This document shows, in pieces, positions 20,725 through 30,786 of a stretch of 64,000 nt of DNA (position 1 is the first letter of the stretch; each line of letters opens with the position of its first letter). Source of the stretch: Candidatus Bathyarchaeia archaeon (lineage in GTDB: Archaea; Thermoproteota; Bathyarchaeia; Bathyarchaeales; Bathycorpusculaceae); the NCBI GenBank assembly GCA_038727135.1, contig JAVYWL010000002.1:64001-128000 (forward strand), written 5' to 3'. The notes under the pieces were generated by a model. The model did not search any database, was not told the origin of the DNA, and saw only the letters and a program-made list of their open reading frames with translations. Made by a program: the position numbers and the translations under genes.

Positions 20725-21191
20725 ATGGTAAAGGTTCTTGTCGTTTTTGAGTCGCGTTATGGCAACACCAAGCGCGTAGCAGAATCCATAATTGAGGGAA
20801 TAAACGAGGTCGGTGGGGTGGAGTTTTCCTTTAAAGAACTGAGAAGGTGGACTTTAAGGAAATTCCTTCTTATGACGCAATGTTGATTGGCTCCCCAAAC
20901 CATATGGGTGGCCCTACAAGGGGCATTAAGGGCTTCATCGACAAGCTTAGCAAGTTGCAGTTGGATGGAAAGAAATTTGCTGTTTTCGACACGTATATGG
21001 GAAGGGACTTTGAGAAAGCTGTAAAGAAAATGGAGAAAAGGATAAGCGAAAAGGCTCCAAGTTTAAAGCGAATTGCAGCTGGCTTATCAATAAAAGTTCA
21101 AGGGGTAAAGGGACCTATCGCGGAAGACGAACTTCCAAAATGCAAAGAGTTTGGGAAAAACATAGCCATCCAACTTAAAAGGGGAAAGTAG
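20725..21191 (+). pseudogene. flavodoxin/WrbA-like, frameshifted near 20840
   Basis: ATG 20725 gives MVKVLVVFESRYGNTKRVAE (flavodoxin signature) in a different frame from the GSPNH...FDTY part (20847..21191). Confidence 0.75.
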
Positions 21192-21194
21192 AAA

Positions 21195-21584
21195 ATGACG
21201 GTTTCTGTTAAAAGGAGCAAGATGGTGGTTTTTGTCGTTTTTCTCTGGATAATTCAATCTGTTGGCAGGCTTTGCTTTGCGGTGGTTGGCACACCCGGAG
21301 GCATGGGACAATTTTTAGACACTCCGATTTCAAACGAGGTATCCGTCATCCTCTTTATGATGTTTATGTTTCTAGGTGTTTTAGGACTTGTTGCTGCTTT
21401 CGGCTTGTTGGCTGGGCGAAGATGGGGCTTTTGGAGTACAGTGTTGGCTAGTGTTGCGACCATAGCCTTTGACATTTGGGGTTTAACAATACAGTTGACA
21501 GCTGCCATCGGCTTAATTGTACCAATAATATCTATGGGAATTCTCTACTTTAAGAAAGGGCAGGTGCTTGCCACATCAAAATGA
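21195..21584 (+). CDS. small 4-TM membrane protein
   Basis: Four hydrophobic segments. Confidence 0.65.
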   Translation: MTVSVKRSKMVVFVVFLWIIQSVGRLCFAVVGTPGGMGQFLDTPISNEVSVILFMMFMFLGVLGLVAAFGLLAGRRWGFWSTVLASVATIAFDIWGLTIQLTAAIGLIVPIISMGILYFKKGQVLATSK

Positions 21585-21602
21585 AAGAAGTTATAAGCGC
21601 TT

Positions 21603-22640
21603 TCAGACTTTCTCAAAGACTGCAATTTCGCGGGTTAAACTTCTGTGCACGTAAACCATGTGGGATTCCACGTGGCGATAGCCCAATGCCTTGCCTATCT
21701 GGCCTATGCCAACCGTTTTTGGCGCTGCCATACATATATGCCCATCTCTGCCAAGCATATCGTAAACAGCCTCTAAACAGTCTTCGATTATCTGTTTTGT
21801 TGTCCGCTTGAGGGTTGTGGCGCTTTTTCCGTAAGGTGGATCTGCAACAACGCGGTCAACCTTTTGAACCGGCGGGTTTTTTGCGTCTGCAACTATGAGC
21901 CCTTCTGGTTCAATACCAAAATATGTGAAGTTTTTTCTGCTTCCTTTTATCATGCGTCTTTGGATGTCCACGCCTAAAATGCGGCAGCCTATTAGGGCTG
22001 CTTCTATTAATATGCTTCCGGTTCCGCAGAAAGGGTCAAACACCAAGTCTCCAGCCTTTGGTTTGGCTAGGTTTACCATGCACCTTGCAAGTTTTGGCGG
22101 CATTGCTGACGGGTGAAAGAAGGGTTTTTTCTTTGGGCGTCTCTCCATAAAGGGTTTTGGCGGCATATCTACCAGCTTCAAGCCAAAAATAAGCTTGTCG
22201 TCCGTTAGAATTCCTGTGAAGGTTTTTTGCGGGTTTTGAAGGTTTACTCGCACATTTTCCGCTTGGTTTAGGATTATTTCGCCTAGTTTGCGCTCCAAAG
22301 CCATTCCATCAACTTCTCTTGCGTGGCTTTTTACATGCCTTATGCGGACAGCAAAGCTTTCGCCGCTTTCTAGGAACTCGCCAATGTTGGTTGAGCGCAG
22401 AGCTTTAACAGCCTCGCTTGGCTCAGCCTTACAAGTGAAAATTTCATATCCGCAAAGCCTCGTTAGGGCTGCGCGCCTTTTTATGGCTTCGACGCATTTT
22501 ATGTCTGCTTCGATTCTCAAAACTTGGTCCAGTTTTTCTAAAACTTTGTAGTTGTAACCTTCAGCCTCAAGGATGGCTTTTAACTCTGCTGCGGGAAGTG
22601 TTTCGTGCTCGCCTGATAGTAGGAAGAAGAGCCTAGCCAC
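21603..22640 (-). CDS. trm11: tRNA m2G10 methyltransferase (THUMP + MTase)
   Basis: LLSGEH, RPKKKPFFHP, DPFCGTG, DPPYG; GTG start at 22640 preferred. Confidence 0.88.
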   Translation of the reverse strand: MARLFFLLSGEHETLPAAELKAILEAEGYNYKVLEKLDQVLRIEADIKCVEAIKRRAALTRLCGYEIFTCKAEPSEAVKALRSTNIGEFLESGESFAVRIRHVKSHAREVDGMALERKLGEIILNQAENVRVNLQNPQKTFTGILTDDKLIFGLKLVDMPPKPFMERRPKKKPFFHPSAMPPKLARCMVNLAKPKAGDLVFDPFCGTGSILIEAALIGCRILGVDIQRRMIKGSRKNFTYFGIEPEGLIVADAKNPPVQKVDRVVADPPYGKSATTLKRTTKQIIEDCLEAVYDMLGRDGHICMAAPKTVGIGQIGKALGYRHVESHMVYVHRSLTREIAVFEKV

Positions 22641-23517
22641 TTTGAAGCTCCCGCAGTGTCTGGGCAATCAGCGGGGCTAGGGAAACTTTGCTTACTGGGC
22701 TGGGGACGCTGTCGGTTCCAATAATTTCTTCTACTCTAGCTTCTTTGATGCGCTTTTCAGCATCGCCTACCAGAAGCGGGTGCACGCATGCGGCGTAAAC
22801 TTTGGCTGCTCCAAGCTCTTTTAGTATGTTTGCGGCTGCAACTATTGTTCCGCCAGTGCTAATAATGTCGTCGAAAATTATGACAGTTTTACCTTTAACA
22901 GCAAACTCCCTCTTCTCAACCGTCACACGTCCAGTGTAACGGTCTCTCTGCTTTTCCAAATAGCCAAAGTCTCCGCCTAGAACTTTTGAGGCTTCTTCAG
23001 CTATCCCTATTGCGCCTTTGTCTGGAGCAAGCGCAAAAGCTTCTTTGAAGTCTCTCTGCCTAAAGTGTTCGGCTAAAAGCGGGATGGCTGAGATACTTTT
23101 TGCTTGGAATGGAAACCTGTCTAAAACGTTTTTCTGGTGAACGTTAACTGTCAGTAGCATGTCGATGCCAGCAGCCTTAAGCATTTTTGCTATGGCTTCT
23201 ATGCTTACAGCCTCGCCTTTTAGGAAGACCTTGTCTTGGCGGGCATAAGCCAAGTATGGAACAACAGCCACAACCTTTCTTGCATTGTTTCTTTTGGCGG
23301 CGTCAGCAATTAAGGCCAGCTGTATTAGGTGTGTGTCCTGCGGGGGGCTTGTTGTCTGCACTATTACAGCGGTTTCGCCTTCAACTGCTCCTTCAAGCCT
23401 CACATAGGATTCGCCGTCTGGAAAAGCCTTGAAAAAGACAGGGGTTGGCTCTAAGCCTAAAAGGTTGGCTATTTTTTCGCCTAGCTCTTTTGAGGCTGGT
23501 CCCGGAAGGATTTTCAT
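22633..23517 (-). CDS. prs: ribose-phosphate pyrophosphokinase
   Basis: FPDGE, PYLAYARQD, APDKG, DDIISTGGT. Confidence 0.95.
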   Translation of the reverse strand: MKILPGPASKELGEKIANLLGLEPTPVFFKAFPDGESYVRLEGAVEGETAVIVQTTSPPQDTHLIQLALIADAAKRNNARKVVAVVPYLAYARQDKVFLKGEAVSIEAIAKMLKAAGIDMLLTVNVHQKNVLDRFPFQAKSISAIPLLAEHFRQRDFKEAFALAPDKGAIGIAEEASKVLGGDFGYLEKQRDRYTGRVTVEKREFAVKGKTVIIFDDIISTGGTIVAAANILKELGAAKVYAACVHPLLVGDAEKRIKEARVEEIIGTDSVPSPVSKVSLAPLIAQTLRELQSG

Positions 23518-23552
23518 TTAACCGCCGTTCTCTTAATGGAAGCGCCTTTCTT

Positions 23553-24842
23553 TTAGATTTTTCCAGTAGCCCTATACTGTTCTATGAGTTCTTTGGCTCT
23601 GTCCATGCGGATTTTGCGCTCTTCCACCATCTTTTCAGCAACCAAGTCTATGAGTTCGCCGGTGGCGCCGGCGGCGATGGCAATGTTTCTAGCGTGAAGC
23701 GACATGTGACCGCGCTGTATGCCCTCGTGGGCTAGCGCCCTCAAAGCGCCTAGGTTTTGGGCTAAGCCAACAGCCGCCAAAACTTCGGCAAACTCATTAG
23801 CTGTTTTCACACCTAGGATTTTTAGGCAGATTTTGGCGATAGGATGGGTTCGCACAGCCCCGCCTATTAGGCCTACGGCCATAGGCAGTTCTATTGAGCC
23901 TACCAGGTCGCCGTTTTCGTTTTTCTCCCATGTTGAAAGCGTTGTGTAGTGGCCGCTTCTGGCAGCATAAGCGTGGGCTCCGGCTTCTACGGCTCGGTGG
24001 TCGTTGCATGTGGCGATTACGACTGCTATTATGCCGTTCATTATTCCCTTGTTGTGTGTAGCAGCCCTGTAGGGGTCGGCGGCGGCAAAAGCCCAAGCAT
24101 TCACAATGCCATCTACGACTTCTTCTCCGCCAACAGCCTCCTTCGGCACGACGCACCATGCCCTTGCTAGGCGTTTAACAGCCAAATTTGAGATTATCCG
24201 CAGGTAAACGCGTCCGCCTGTTATCCGCTCTATTAGTGGGGCTACAGCCTCGCACATGGTGTTTACGGCGTTGGCGCCCATAGCGTCGCGGCAGTCCACA
24301 TGCAACTCGGTGATAACCATTGGGCCCTGAACTGTTTGGATGACTTTTGCGTCTAGGTCTTTTGCTCCGCCGCCCACAGAAACAAGCACCGGGTCTTGGT
24401 CGTTAGCCTTCTTTAGGATTTCCTCTTTAGCCTGCAATACGCGTAGCCTAGCCGCATAAGGGTCTTTAATGCCAACAGCCTGCACTTGCCCAATCATTAT
24501 TGGCGGAGTGCTGCTCGTGTGGAAGCCCCCGCCATCCCTAACCATTTTAGCAGCATAACTAGCCGCAGCCACCACGGATGGCTCTTCAATAGCCATGGGA
24601 ATCAAATAGTCTTTGCCGTTTATGAGGAAGTTTACGGCAATGCCCAAAGGCACCGGAATAGCCCCAACAACATTTTCAATCATGCGGTCAGCCAAGTCAA
24701 GGGGCAGACTGCCAGTATTCTGCAATAGGGCGCATTCTTCATCGGTTAAGCCGGCAAACTCCTTAACAAAGGCTAAACGCTCTTCAGGACTAAGCTTATA
24801 AAAACCCGAAAACAACGAAGATTTACTCATTCTTGCTATCAC
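23553..24842 (-). CDS. mvaA: class II HMG-CoA reductase
   Basis: IENVVG, EEPSVVAA, DAMGANAVN, THNKGIMNG, GIQRGHMSLH. Confidence 0.92.
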   Translation of the reverse strand: MIARMSKSSLFSGFYKLSPEERLAFVKEFAGLTDEECALLQNTGSLPLDLADRMIENVVGAIPVPLGIAVNFLINGKDYLIPMAIEEPSVVAAASYAAKMVRDGGGFHTSSTPPIMIGQVQAVGIKDPYAARLRVLQAKEEILKKANDQDPVLVSVGGGAKDLDAKVIQTVQGPMVITELHVDCRDAMGANAVNTMCEAVAPLIERITGGRVYLRIISNLAVKRLARAWCVVPKEAVGGEEVVDGIVNAWAFAAADPYRAATHNKGIMNGIIAVVIATCNDHRAVEAGAHAYAARSGHYTTLSTWEKNENGDLVGSIELPMAVGLIGGAVRTHPIAKICLKILGVKTANEFAEVLAAVGLAQNLGALRALAHEGIQRGHMSLHARNIAIAAGATGELIDLVAEKMVEERKIRMDRAKELIEQYRATGKI

Positions 24843-25004
24843 CCAACATTTTTATTTAAACTGAGTAATAGCAATAACTGACTGCACATTTAAACTTTAG
24901 CGGAATACCGGTTTTCTCATCGATGCTTGTAGGATAGACATGCTAAGAATTAAGAAGAAAATATAACTATGGTATCGAATAAAACGCAAAGAAAAAAGGG
25001 AAGT

Positions 25005-25568
25005 TTAACTTTCGACTGTTATCTTCAACGTCATTACAATAGAATCGCTGATTGTAGCATTACTGAACCATAGAATATCCCATTGCACACGCCACGAGCT
25101 ATTGTTACTAGCAAGACTTTGGAAATCGGTTGATGAACGCGTCCCACCATCATCGCCATGAGGGTCTAATCGCAAAAAGTCTACAACGTTACCATCGTTG
25201 TATATGGTTATATTTATGTAGTCTAACGTTGTGCCGGCGTTTCCATCGTAGCTGGTGCTCTGAATCTCCAATTTTATGTTATGCTGAGACGTGCCGTTGT
25301 TGCATATTCTAACCGAATCGCTGTATGTTACTAACTGGCCTGGTAACCCTTTCATACCTGTGAAAGTTACTGTTTGACGATCGCTACTTATAGCTCCCCC
25401 CGCTTTTGTAGTGTCAGCTCCCGCATAGAAATTAACGTCAAAACCCTTAACCCCTACGGTTGCAGTTATTTGCATGTAGTTGTAGATAGCTGCACTTGCA
25501 GTTCCGATGAGTAATGCTGACACTAACAGCGCTGCAAACTTCAATATTTTTTTGTAGTTTGTTTTCAT
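25005..25568 (-). CDS. secreted/surface beta-rich protein with signal peptide
   Basis: Basic N-region, hydrophobic core, ASA cleavage site; several N-x-S/T sequons. Confidence 0.7.
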   Translation of the reverse strand: MKTNYKKILKFAALLVSALLIGTASAAIYNYMQITATVGVKGFDVNFYAGADTTKAGGAISSDRQTVTFTGMKGLPGQLVTYSDSVRICNNGTSQHNIKLEIQSTSYDGNAGTTLDYINITIYNDGNVVDFLRLDPHGDDGGTRSSTDFQSLASNNSSWRVQWDILWFSNATISDSIVMTLKITVES

Positions 25569-26271
25569 TTTGTTGTTTCACCTCCTTTTCTTTTTTCCTT
25601 TCTTTTAGGGTTTCTATCCATATTTTTATGAGGACGTAGGCGCTGACGGCTAGGACTATGGCGCAGGCTATTGCTAGGGCAGTAGCCGAAGCTATGAAGG
25701 CTGCCTCTCCCCACGTTGGTTTGTAGGCGGCGTAGGCGGCTGCTGCGGCGATTGTTGTGCCTGCGCCTATGGCTATGTACCACCATCGGGGCTTGAAGAA
25801 TATGTATGTACCCAACCCCACTACAAGTGTGTCGAAGGCTACTATGCCCACGAAGGCGGCTTCCCAACCCATCTGAGGAAGCAAAATAATCGGATGCGAG
25901 GCGATTTCAGCATAGTTAGATAGGAAGAAAACCGCCAGTGTTAAGGCTGGAATGGTTACTGCTGCCATGAAAACTTTGGCGTGGCTTACGAGCCTTTTAA
26001 CAATGCCTAGGTAGACGTTTACGGCTATTATGTTGGCTAAAGCCACAATTAAGTATAGGAGGCTGTACCAGAAACGCATGTACTCGCCAAACGTTAGCAT
26101 GAACTCTCTGCTTACGATTAGGTGGCCGAAGCCAGCCAGCGCTGCCAACTGGTAGATGTAGGGTAGCTGCCCTGGAAAGTGCCGGTCCAAGAGGCATGTT
26201 AGGAGGCTCATGGCTAGGAATAGGTCTATGCCTACCAATGAGAAGAACTCTGGCTGTAGTGGGGAGGGCAT
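25447..26271 (-). CDS. multi-pass membrane protein of unknown function (C-terminus probably frameshifted)
   Basis: About 7 hydrophobic helices; 122-nt overlap with the next gene after an A-rich tract. Confidence 0.65.
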   Translation of the reverse strand: MPSPLQPEFFSLVGIDLFLAMSLLTCLLDRHFPGQLPYIYQLAALAGFGHLIVSREFMLTFGEYMRFWYSLLYLIVALANIIAVNVYLGIVKRLVSHAKVFMAAVTIPALTLAVFFLSNYAEIASHPIILLPQMGWEAAFVGIVAFDTLVVGLGTYIFFKPRWWYIAIGAGTTIAAAAAYAAYKPTWGEAAFIASATALAIACAIVLAVSAYVLIKIWIETLKERKKEKEVKQQNENKLQKNIEVCSAVSVSITHRNCKCSYLQLHANNCNRRG

Positions 26272-26413
26272 GCTTTTTCGCCCGAAGGTCTTTGTTTCTT
26301 CTTATTTAAGACATGTGAATTCGGAATTCGAATCCGAATTCAAGAGTATAATTATGTGGCGAGAAAGATAAATCTTGTGTAGTAATACTTACTACACACA
26401 TATAACAAGCCTA

Positions 26414-27415
26414 CTAACGCCTAGGAAGAGCCGCAGCCCTAACATTAAACTGCTTTTGAATATGCCTAGCCAAAGTTTCAGCATAACCAATCCGAAAATT
26501 ATCAGTAACAACAAATTTAGGCCTAGAACGCCTCACATACTCCATCAAACCATCAAAATCAGAATGGTCACTTAAGGCTACAACATACTCATTTTCGCCT
26601 ATCTCGCGGCATGGAACATCAAACTCCCAACCACTAACATAAACGCGGAAGCATCCACGTCCAACACGAGCCCTAGAACCCATATGGTAAAAAGCCAAGC
26701 AAGGCTGGTTCCTCTCAAGCATTTCTCTGGCTTCTTTCTCCTCAAGCCTTAATAGGCGACCTACACGCATGCCGTGCCTCTCGCAAATTTTTGAGATTTG
26801 AAAAACCCTTTGAGGCACGATAAAAGGAGCTTTTATGTCGGCGTCGTGGAGAATCTGCATAACCTCTTGAAGTTTACCATGATAACCGAAAACATAAACA
26901 ACGCCACGTTTAAGCCCCTCCTTAACAATGGAGACTAGCAATTCTCTAACTTCGCTGTTGAAGGGACGCCTACAAGATGGACTACCATAGGTGGCTTCCA
27001 TAACAAGCACATCAGCCTCTAACACTGGGGTGCCCTCAATCCTAAAATCCCCAGTGTAAACAATCCTTGTCCCTTCCGCATCTTCAACGAGAACTTGACA
27101 AGCGCCTAAAATGTGGTCTGCAGGAAAAAGCGTGATGCTTTCTTCGCTGTAATGTAGTGTTTTTCCATAATCGAGGGTTTCCACGTATCCGCCCATAAGA
27201 AACAGCGGACTCTTCATAACGTCAATCAAGTCTTTTGTGGCTTTTGTCATAAGCACTTTCTCGCAAGTTCTTAGGCTCCGCTGTAAGCCAATCATGTGGT
27301 CCGCATGGGCATGGGTAACAACCCTCAAAGGTTTAGAATCATCAAAGGCGTCGCATGCAACACTCTTGCCTAGCAGAACGGCACCCCGCTCAGTTATGTT
27401 AGCCTTACTGGACAA
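26414..27415 (-). CDS. MBL/beta-CASP nuclease (ligase-associated exonuclease-like)
   Basis: THAHADH, HILG, YTGDF, EATYG, LSDHSDF. Confidence 0.85.
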   Translation of the reverse strand: MSSKANITERGAVLLGKSVACDAFDDSKPLRVVTHAHADHMIGLQRSLRTCEKVLMTKATKDLIDVMKSPLFLMGGYVETLDYGKTLHYSEESITLFPADHILGACQVLVEDAEGTRIVYTGDFRIEGTPVLEADVLVMEATYGSPSCRRPFNSEVRELLVSIVKEGLKRGVVYVFGYHGKLQEVMQILHDADIKAPFIVPQRVFQISKICERHGMRVGRLLRLEEKEAREMLERNQPCLAFYHMGSRARVGRGCFRVYVSGWEFDVPCREIGENEYVVALSDHSDFDGLMEYVRRSRPKFVVTDNFRIGYAETLARHIQKQFNVRAAALPRR

Positions 27416-27432
27416 CTGTGTGCCACCAACTG

Positions 27433-28845
27433 TCAGCCAGCGTGTGCGTAGGCAAAGTCACTAATCAAAGTGGCAATAAACTTCGTCCCAGTAATGAAAC
27501 TTTCAATTTTTAGGTTTTCGTTAGGCGCATGCGTATTAGACTCGGGATGACCACAACCAGCAGAAACAATAGGATAGCCCAAAAAGTTTCGGAACAAGTG
27601 CATGGGGCCAGAACCAGCGCTAAGCGGATAAATAACAGCCCTTTTCCCATAAACCTTCTCGGCTGTTTTTGCCACCAAACCAACAAACGGGTCATTAATA
27701 GGCGTTTTAGCTGGCTCGGTTGAGCCATGCCTTATTACCTCAAAATCCCCAAACCCGTGCCTTTTAAGATGGCGGACAAGCTTATCAAAGATTTCATCGG
27801 GCTTCTGGTTTGGGACAAGCCTAAAATCCAGCTTAGCCATGGCTTCATGAGGCAAAACAGTCTTGGAGCCCTTCCCAGTGTAACCGGCAAATAAGCCGTT
27901 TATTGTGCATGTGGGCTGGTAGAGCAGAGCCTTCAAAGCCTCAAAGCCGCTAACATTTTTCAAGAACTGTTTTAAGCCAAGCTCTTCCTTCAGCTCTTTC
28001 TCCTCAAAAGGAATTCGCCTCAAACACTCGATTTCTTCAGCGGATGGCGGCACAACATCTTCATAGAAACCGTCGATGAGAATTCTTTCGTTCTCGTCTT
28101 TTAAGGTGTTTAAAGCCCAGACCAAACGCCACGCAGCATTGGGTATCAATGGAGCATTTGCAGAGTGGACATCCTTGTTGGCGGCTTTCACCCTCAACTC
28201 AACGGATAGGACGCCCTTCAAACCCAAATATAGGTGGGGTCTACCCCTACGGTCCGTTCCACCAAACTCCCATATGGCAGCATCAGCCCCAAGAATATGC
28301 CTATAAGCCCTAACAATCGGCTCAAGATTCGGGCTTCCAATCTCCTCCTCACCTTCAACAAAGAACTTTATGTTAACCGGCACGTCGCCATCCGTTTCCA
28401 AGAAAGCCTGAACTGCCTTAAGCCTAGAAACAAAATTCCCCTTATTGTCTATGACACCCCTCCCGTAGATTTTTCCATCCACAATTTTTCCGCTGAAAGG
28501 CTCGCAACTCCACTTTTCAAGGGGTTCTGGAGGTTGAACATCATAATGGTCATAAAAGAGCAAAGTCTTACCAGAACTTTTAGACCTGACCTCGCCATAA
28601 ACTACGGGATTTCCCTTTTCGCCTTCCAAAACTTTTGTTGAAAGTCCTGTCTCCCGCATTATCTCTTCAACAAGTCTTGCGCATTCCGCAATCCCTTCGT
28701 CCTTCGCCGACACGCTAGGTTGCCTAACAAGCCTTACAAGGTCCTGGACAAAATCTTCAGCGTGTCCATCAATGTAGTTGTAAACCTTCTCCAAACTCAC
28801 GTTTCCCACCCTTTTTCTAGGTTGTTTTTGGCGCAAGCCAGTCAA
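27433..28845 (-). CDS. M20 family dipeptidase/deacylase
   Basis: HYDVQP, GRGVIDNKG, EGEEEIGS, HAPNE; GTG at 28800 is the likelier start. Confidence 0.9.
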   Translation of the reverse strand: MTGLRQKQPRKRVGNVSLEKVYNYIDGHAEDFVQDLVRLVRQPSVSAKDEGIAECARLVEEIMRETGLSTKVLEGEKGNPVVYGEVRSKSSGKTLLFYDHYDVQPPEPLEKWSCEPFSGKIVDGKIYGRGVIDNKGNFVSRLKAVQAFLETDGDVPVNIKFFVEGEEEIGSPNLEPIVRAYRHILGADAAIWEFGGTDRRGRPHLYLGLKGVLSVELRVKAANKDVHSANAPLIPNAAWRLVWALNTLKDENERILIDGFYEDVVPPSAEEIECLRRIPFEEKELKEELGLKQFLKNVSGFEALKALLYQPTCTINGLFAGYTGKGSKTVLPHEAMAKLDFRLVPNQKPDEIFDKLVRHLKRHGFGDFEVIRHGSTEPAKTPINDPFVGLVAKTAEKVYGKRAVIYPLSAGSGPMHLFRNFLGYPIVSAGCGHPESNTHAPNENLKIESFITGTKFIATLISDFAYAHAG

Positions 28846-29218
28846 TCAACCGCCTCGGTTCGTCACACCTAATCTGAACTTTTATCGGGCCTAAAGGCGA
28901 CTCTGCCACAGCCTTTGAAAAGGAAACATGCCCAACAAAAGCCACCTGCTTGTTCAGATAGAAGGTTATGGTTTTTTCGCCTAACCCCTCGAATAGGGCG
29001 CCTCTTGCGGCGTCGCGGATGCGCTCTCTACGCAGTAAATTGTAAAGCTTTGTTAGGGATTCCAACCCCTTCGCTTCTGCCACCAGTAAGCTTCCCTTCC
29101 ACAGCGGCTTTATCTGGACTGGTATGCCGCCGAAAATGTTCTCAACAGCCCTCTTCACCTTTTCCTCTGATTCTGTAGGGTTTATCTCAACTTCCACACG
29201 AACTTCTACTTCATCCAT
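28817..29218 (-). CDS. DUF54-type RNA-binding protein
   Basis: PTESEEKV, LNKQVAFVG, SPLGPI; conserved archaeal pair with the upstream kinase. Confidence 0.8.
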   Translation of the reverse strand: MDEVEVRVEVEINPTESEEKVKRAVENIFGGIPVQIKPLWKGSLLVAEAKGLESLTKLYNLLRRERIRDAARGALFEGLGEKTITFYLNKQVAFVGHVSFSKAVAESPLGPIKVQIRCDEPRRLIDWLAPKTT

Positions 29219-29772
29219 TTCTCTTCAATCCTCTTCAAGACTTTAGCAGCTTGTTTTTTGGCCTCTTCTAGGCTTCCCTCATTAACTATTAAATATTCAG
29301 CCATGGCTATAGCATTTCCCAACCCGACACTTAACTCCCGCATGTCCCGCTCCCGGAAAATTTCCCAGTTTTTGGGGTCGTCGCTTCTCTGTCTATGAAA
29401 AAGCCGCTTAAACCTCGTTTCGGGCGAAGAGTGAACGGCAACTAATGTGAACTTCGGAAAATGATGCTTAAACTCTTCAACCTCTGCTAGGCTTCTTATG
29501 CCATCCACAATGACTTTACTTTCAGTTTTCTTTAATATCTTTGAAGTGCATCGTCTTGCTATTACGGCTTCCCCTTCCAAATGCCTCAGCTCCAGCATTA
29601 TGCGCCCAAGATTTTCAGGAGTTAGCTCTAAACCTCTCCGCCGGGCTTCTTCCCGAACCTCATCACCCATAACAACAACAGCGTAGCCGCTGGCCCTTGC
29701 AACATTAACAACAACGGATTTTCCAGCTCCAGGCATGCCGGCCAAGCCGACAACCAACTTTTCAGCGGTCAT
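29206..29772 (-). CDS. P-loop nucleotide kinase (dephospho-CoA kinase-like, UPF0200)
   Basis: GMPGAGKS, MGDEVR, VDGIRS, RDMREL. Confidence 0.82.
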   Translation of the reverse strand: MTAEKLVVGLAGMPGAGKSVVVNVARASGYAVVVMGDEVREEARRRGLELTPENLGRIMLELRHLEGEAVIARRCTSKILKKTESKVIVDGIRSLAEVEEFKHHFPKFTLVAVHSSPETRFKRLFHRQRSDDPKNWEIFRERDMRELSVGLGNAIAMAEYLIVNEGSLEEAKKQAAKVLKRIEEKWMK

Positions 29773-29935
29773 TCCAGGTCTTCCTTTCCCTAATCTTTGC
29801 AAATGCGCTATCGTTATGGATATTCTTCTAAAACGTTAAAAGCATTTACTAAACACGAGCAGCACTTAACATTTCATAGGCAAAGCTTTTATTTGACGAC
29901 CAACAGAAGACGCTTCCATAACCGGGGTATACGCT

Positions 29936-30535
29936 ATGAATCTTGAATTAAGGAAGGCTTTAGGCTTTGTAGGCGCAATGTTAATGGTCATCAGTTTTGC
30001 TGGTGCAGCTGGACGCTTATATGAGGGTTTGCCACTGCTTGCCGGCATGATCCTAGTTCTAATCGCCTTAAAGGGGTTTGCGGACCATTATAAAGAGAAG
30101 GGCATATTTAACAACTCCCTCTACGGAACCATAACGGTAGTTGTTGGCATGATAGCAGCGATACTGATCTTTATAACGCTCATTTCGCCAATTGCCCCAG
30201 AACTCGCACAGTTAGATTGGACCAACATGGCTGCCGTCCAAGAATTTATCAGGGAGCATCTCTGGTCTTTCCTAGGACCAATCGTTGGAGCCTATTTAAC
30301 GCTTGTCATATCCCTAATCATCTCGGCAGTGTTCTTCAGAAAATCTTTAGATGCCCTTTCCACAAAGTCTGGGGAGAAAACTTTTGAAACAGCCGGCCTG
30401 ATTTGGCTCATAGGTGCTGTCCTATCAATAATCCTTGTAGGCTTTATAATAGTATGGATTGCATGGATAATCATCGCAGTCGGATTCTTCTCAATGAAAA
30501 TACCAGCGGAAACTCTACAGCCTCCAACACAATAG
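29936..30535 (+). CDS. DUF996-like membrane protein
   Basis: F.TAGL...IGAVLSIILVG...IAW....GFFS pattern. Confidence 0.75.
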   Translation: MNLELRKALGFVGAMLMVISFAGAAGRLYEGLPLLAGMILVLIALKGFADHYKEKGIFNNSLYGTITVVVGMIAAILIFITLISPIAPELAQLDWTNMAAVQEFIREHLWSFLGPIVGAYLTLVISLIISAVFFRKSLDALSTKSGEKTFETAGLIWLIGAVLSIILVGFIIVWIAWIIIAVGFFSMKIPAETLQPPTQ

Positions 30536-30786
30536 CCAATAGTTATAGCCATTCGAATTCCGTAATTTTGAAAACTTCAAATTCATTCCTACCTACATGC
30601 CCACATTATGCAACCAACGTCCATAAAACACTGTGGCGAAAGCAGTCTGAAAAACGCGCTAGACGTCTGTTAGCCAAGCTTCGCAGAAATAGCTTCATAA
30701 ACCGAATAGCAAACTAGCCTGTAGAAAAAACAAAAATAGCAATATGAACAATAAACAATCAGAAAATGCGGGTTGGTAAAAAATGT

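Noticed and set aside
20820-20850. Programmed -1 frameshift in flavodoxin at TTTAAAG
   Set aside because: The heptamer is not in the required X XXY YYZ phase; a simple deletion or read error is more likely.
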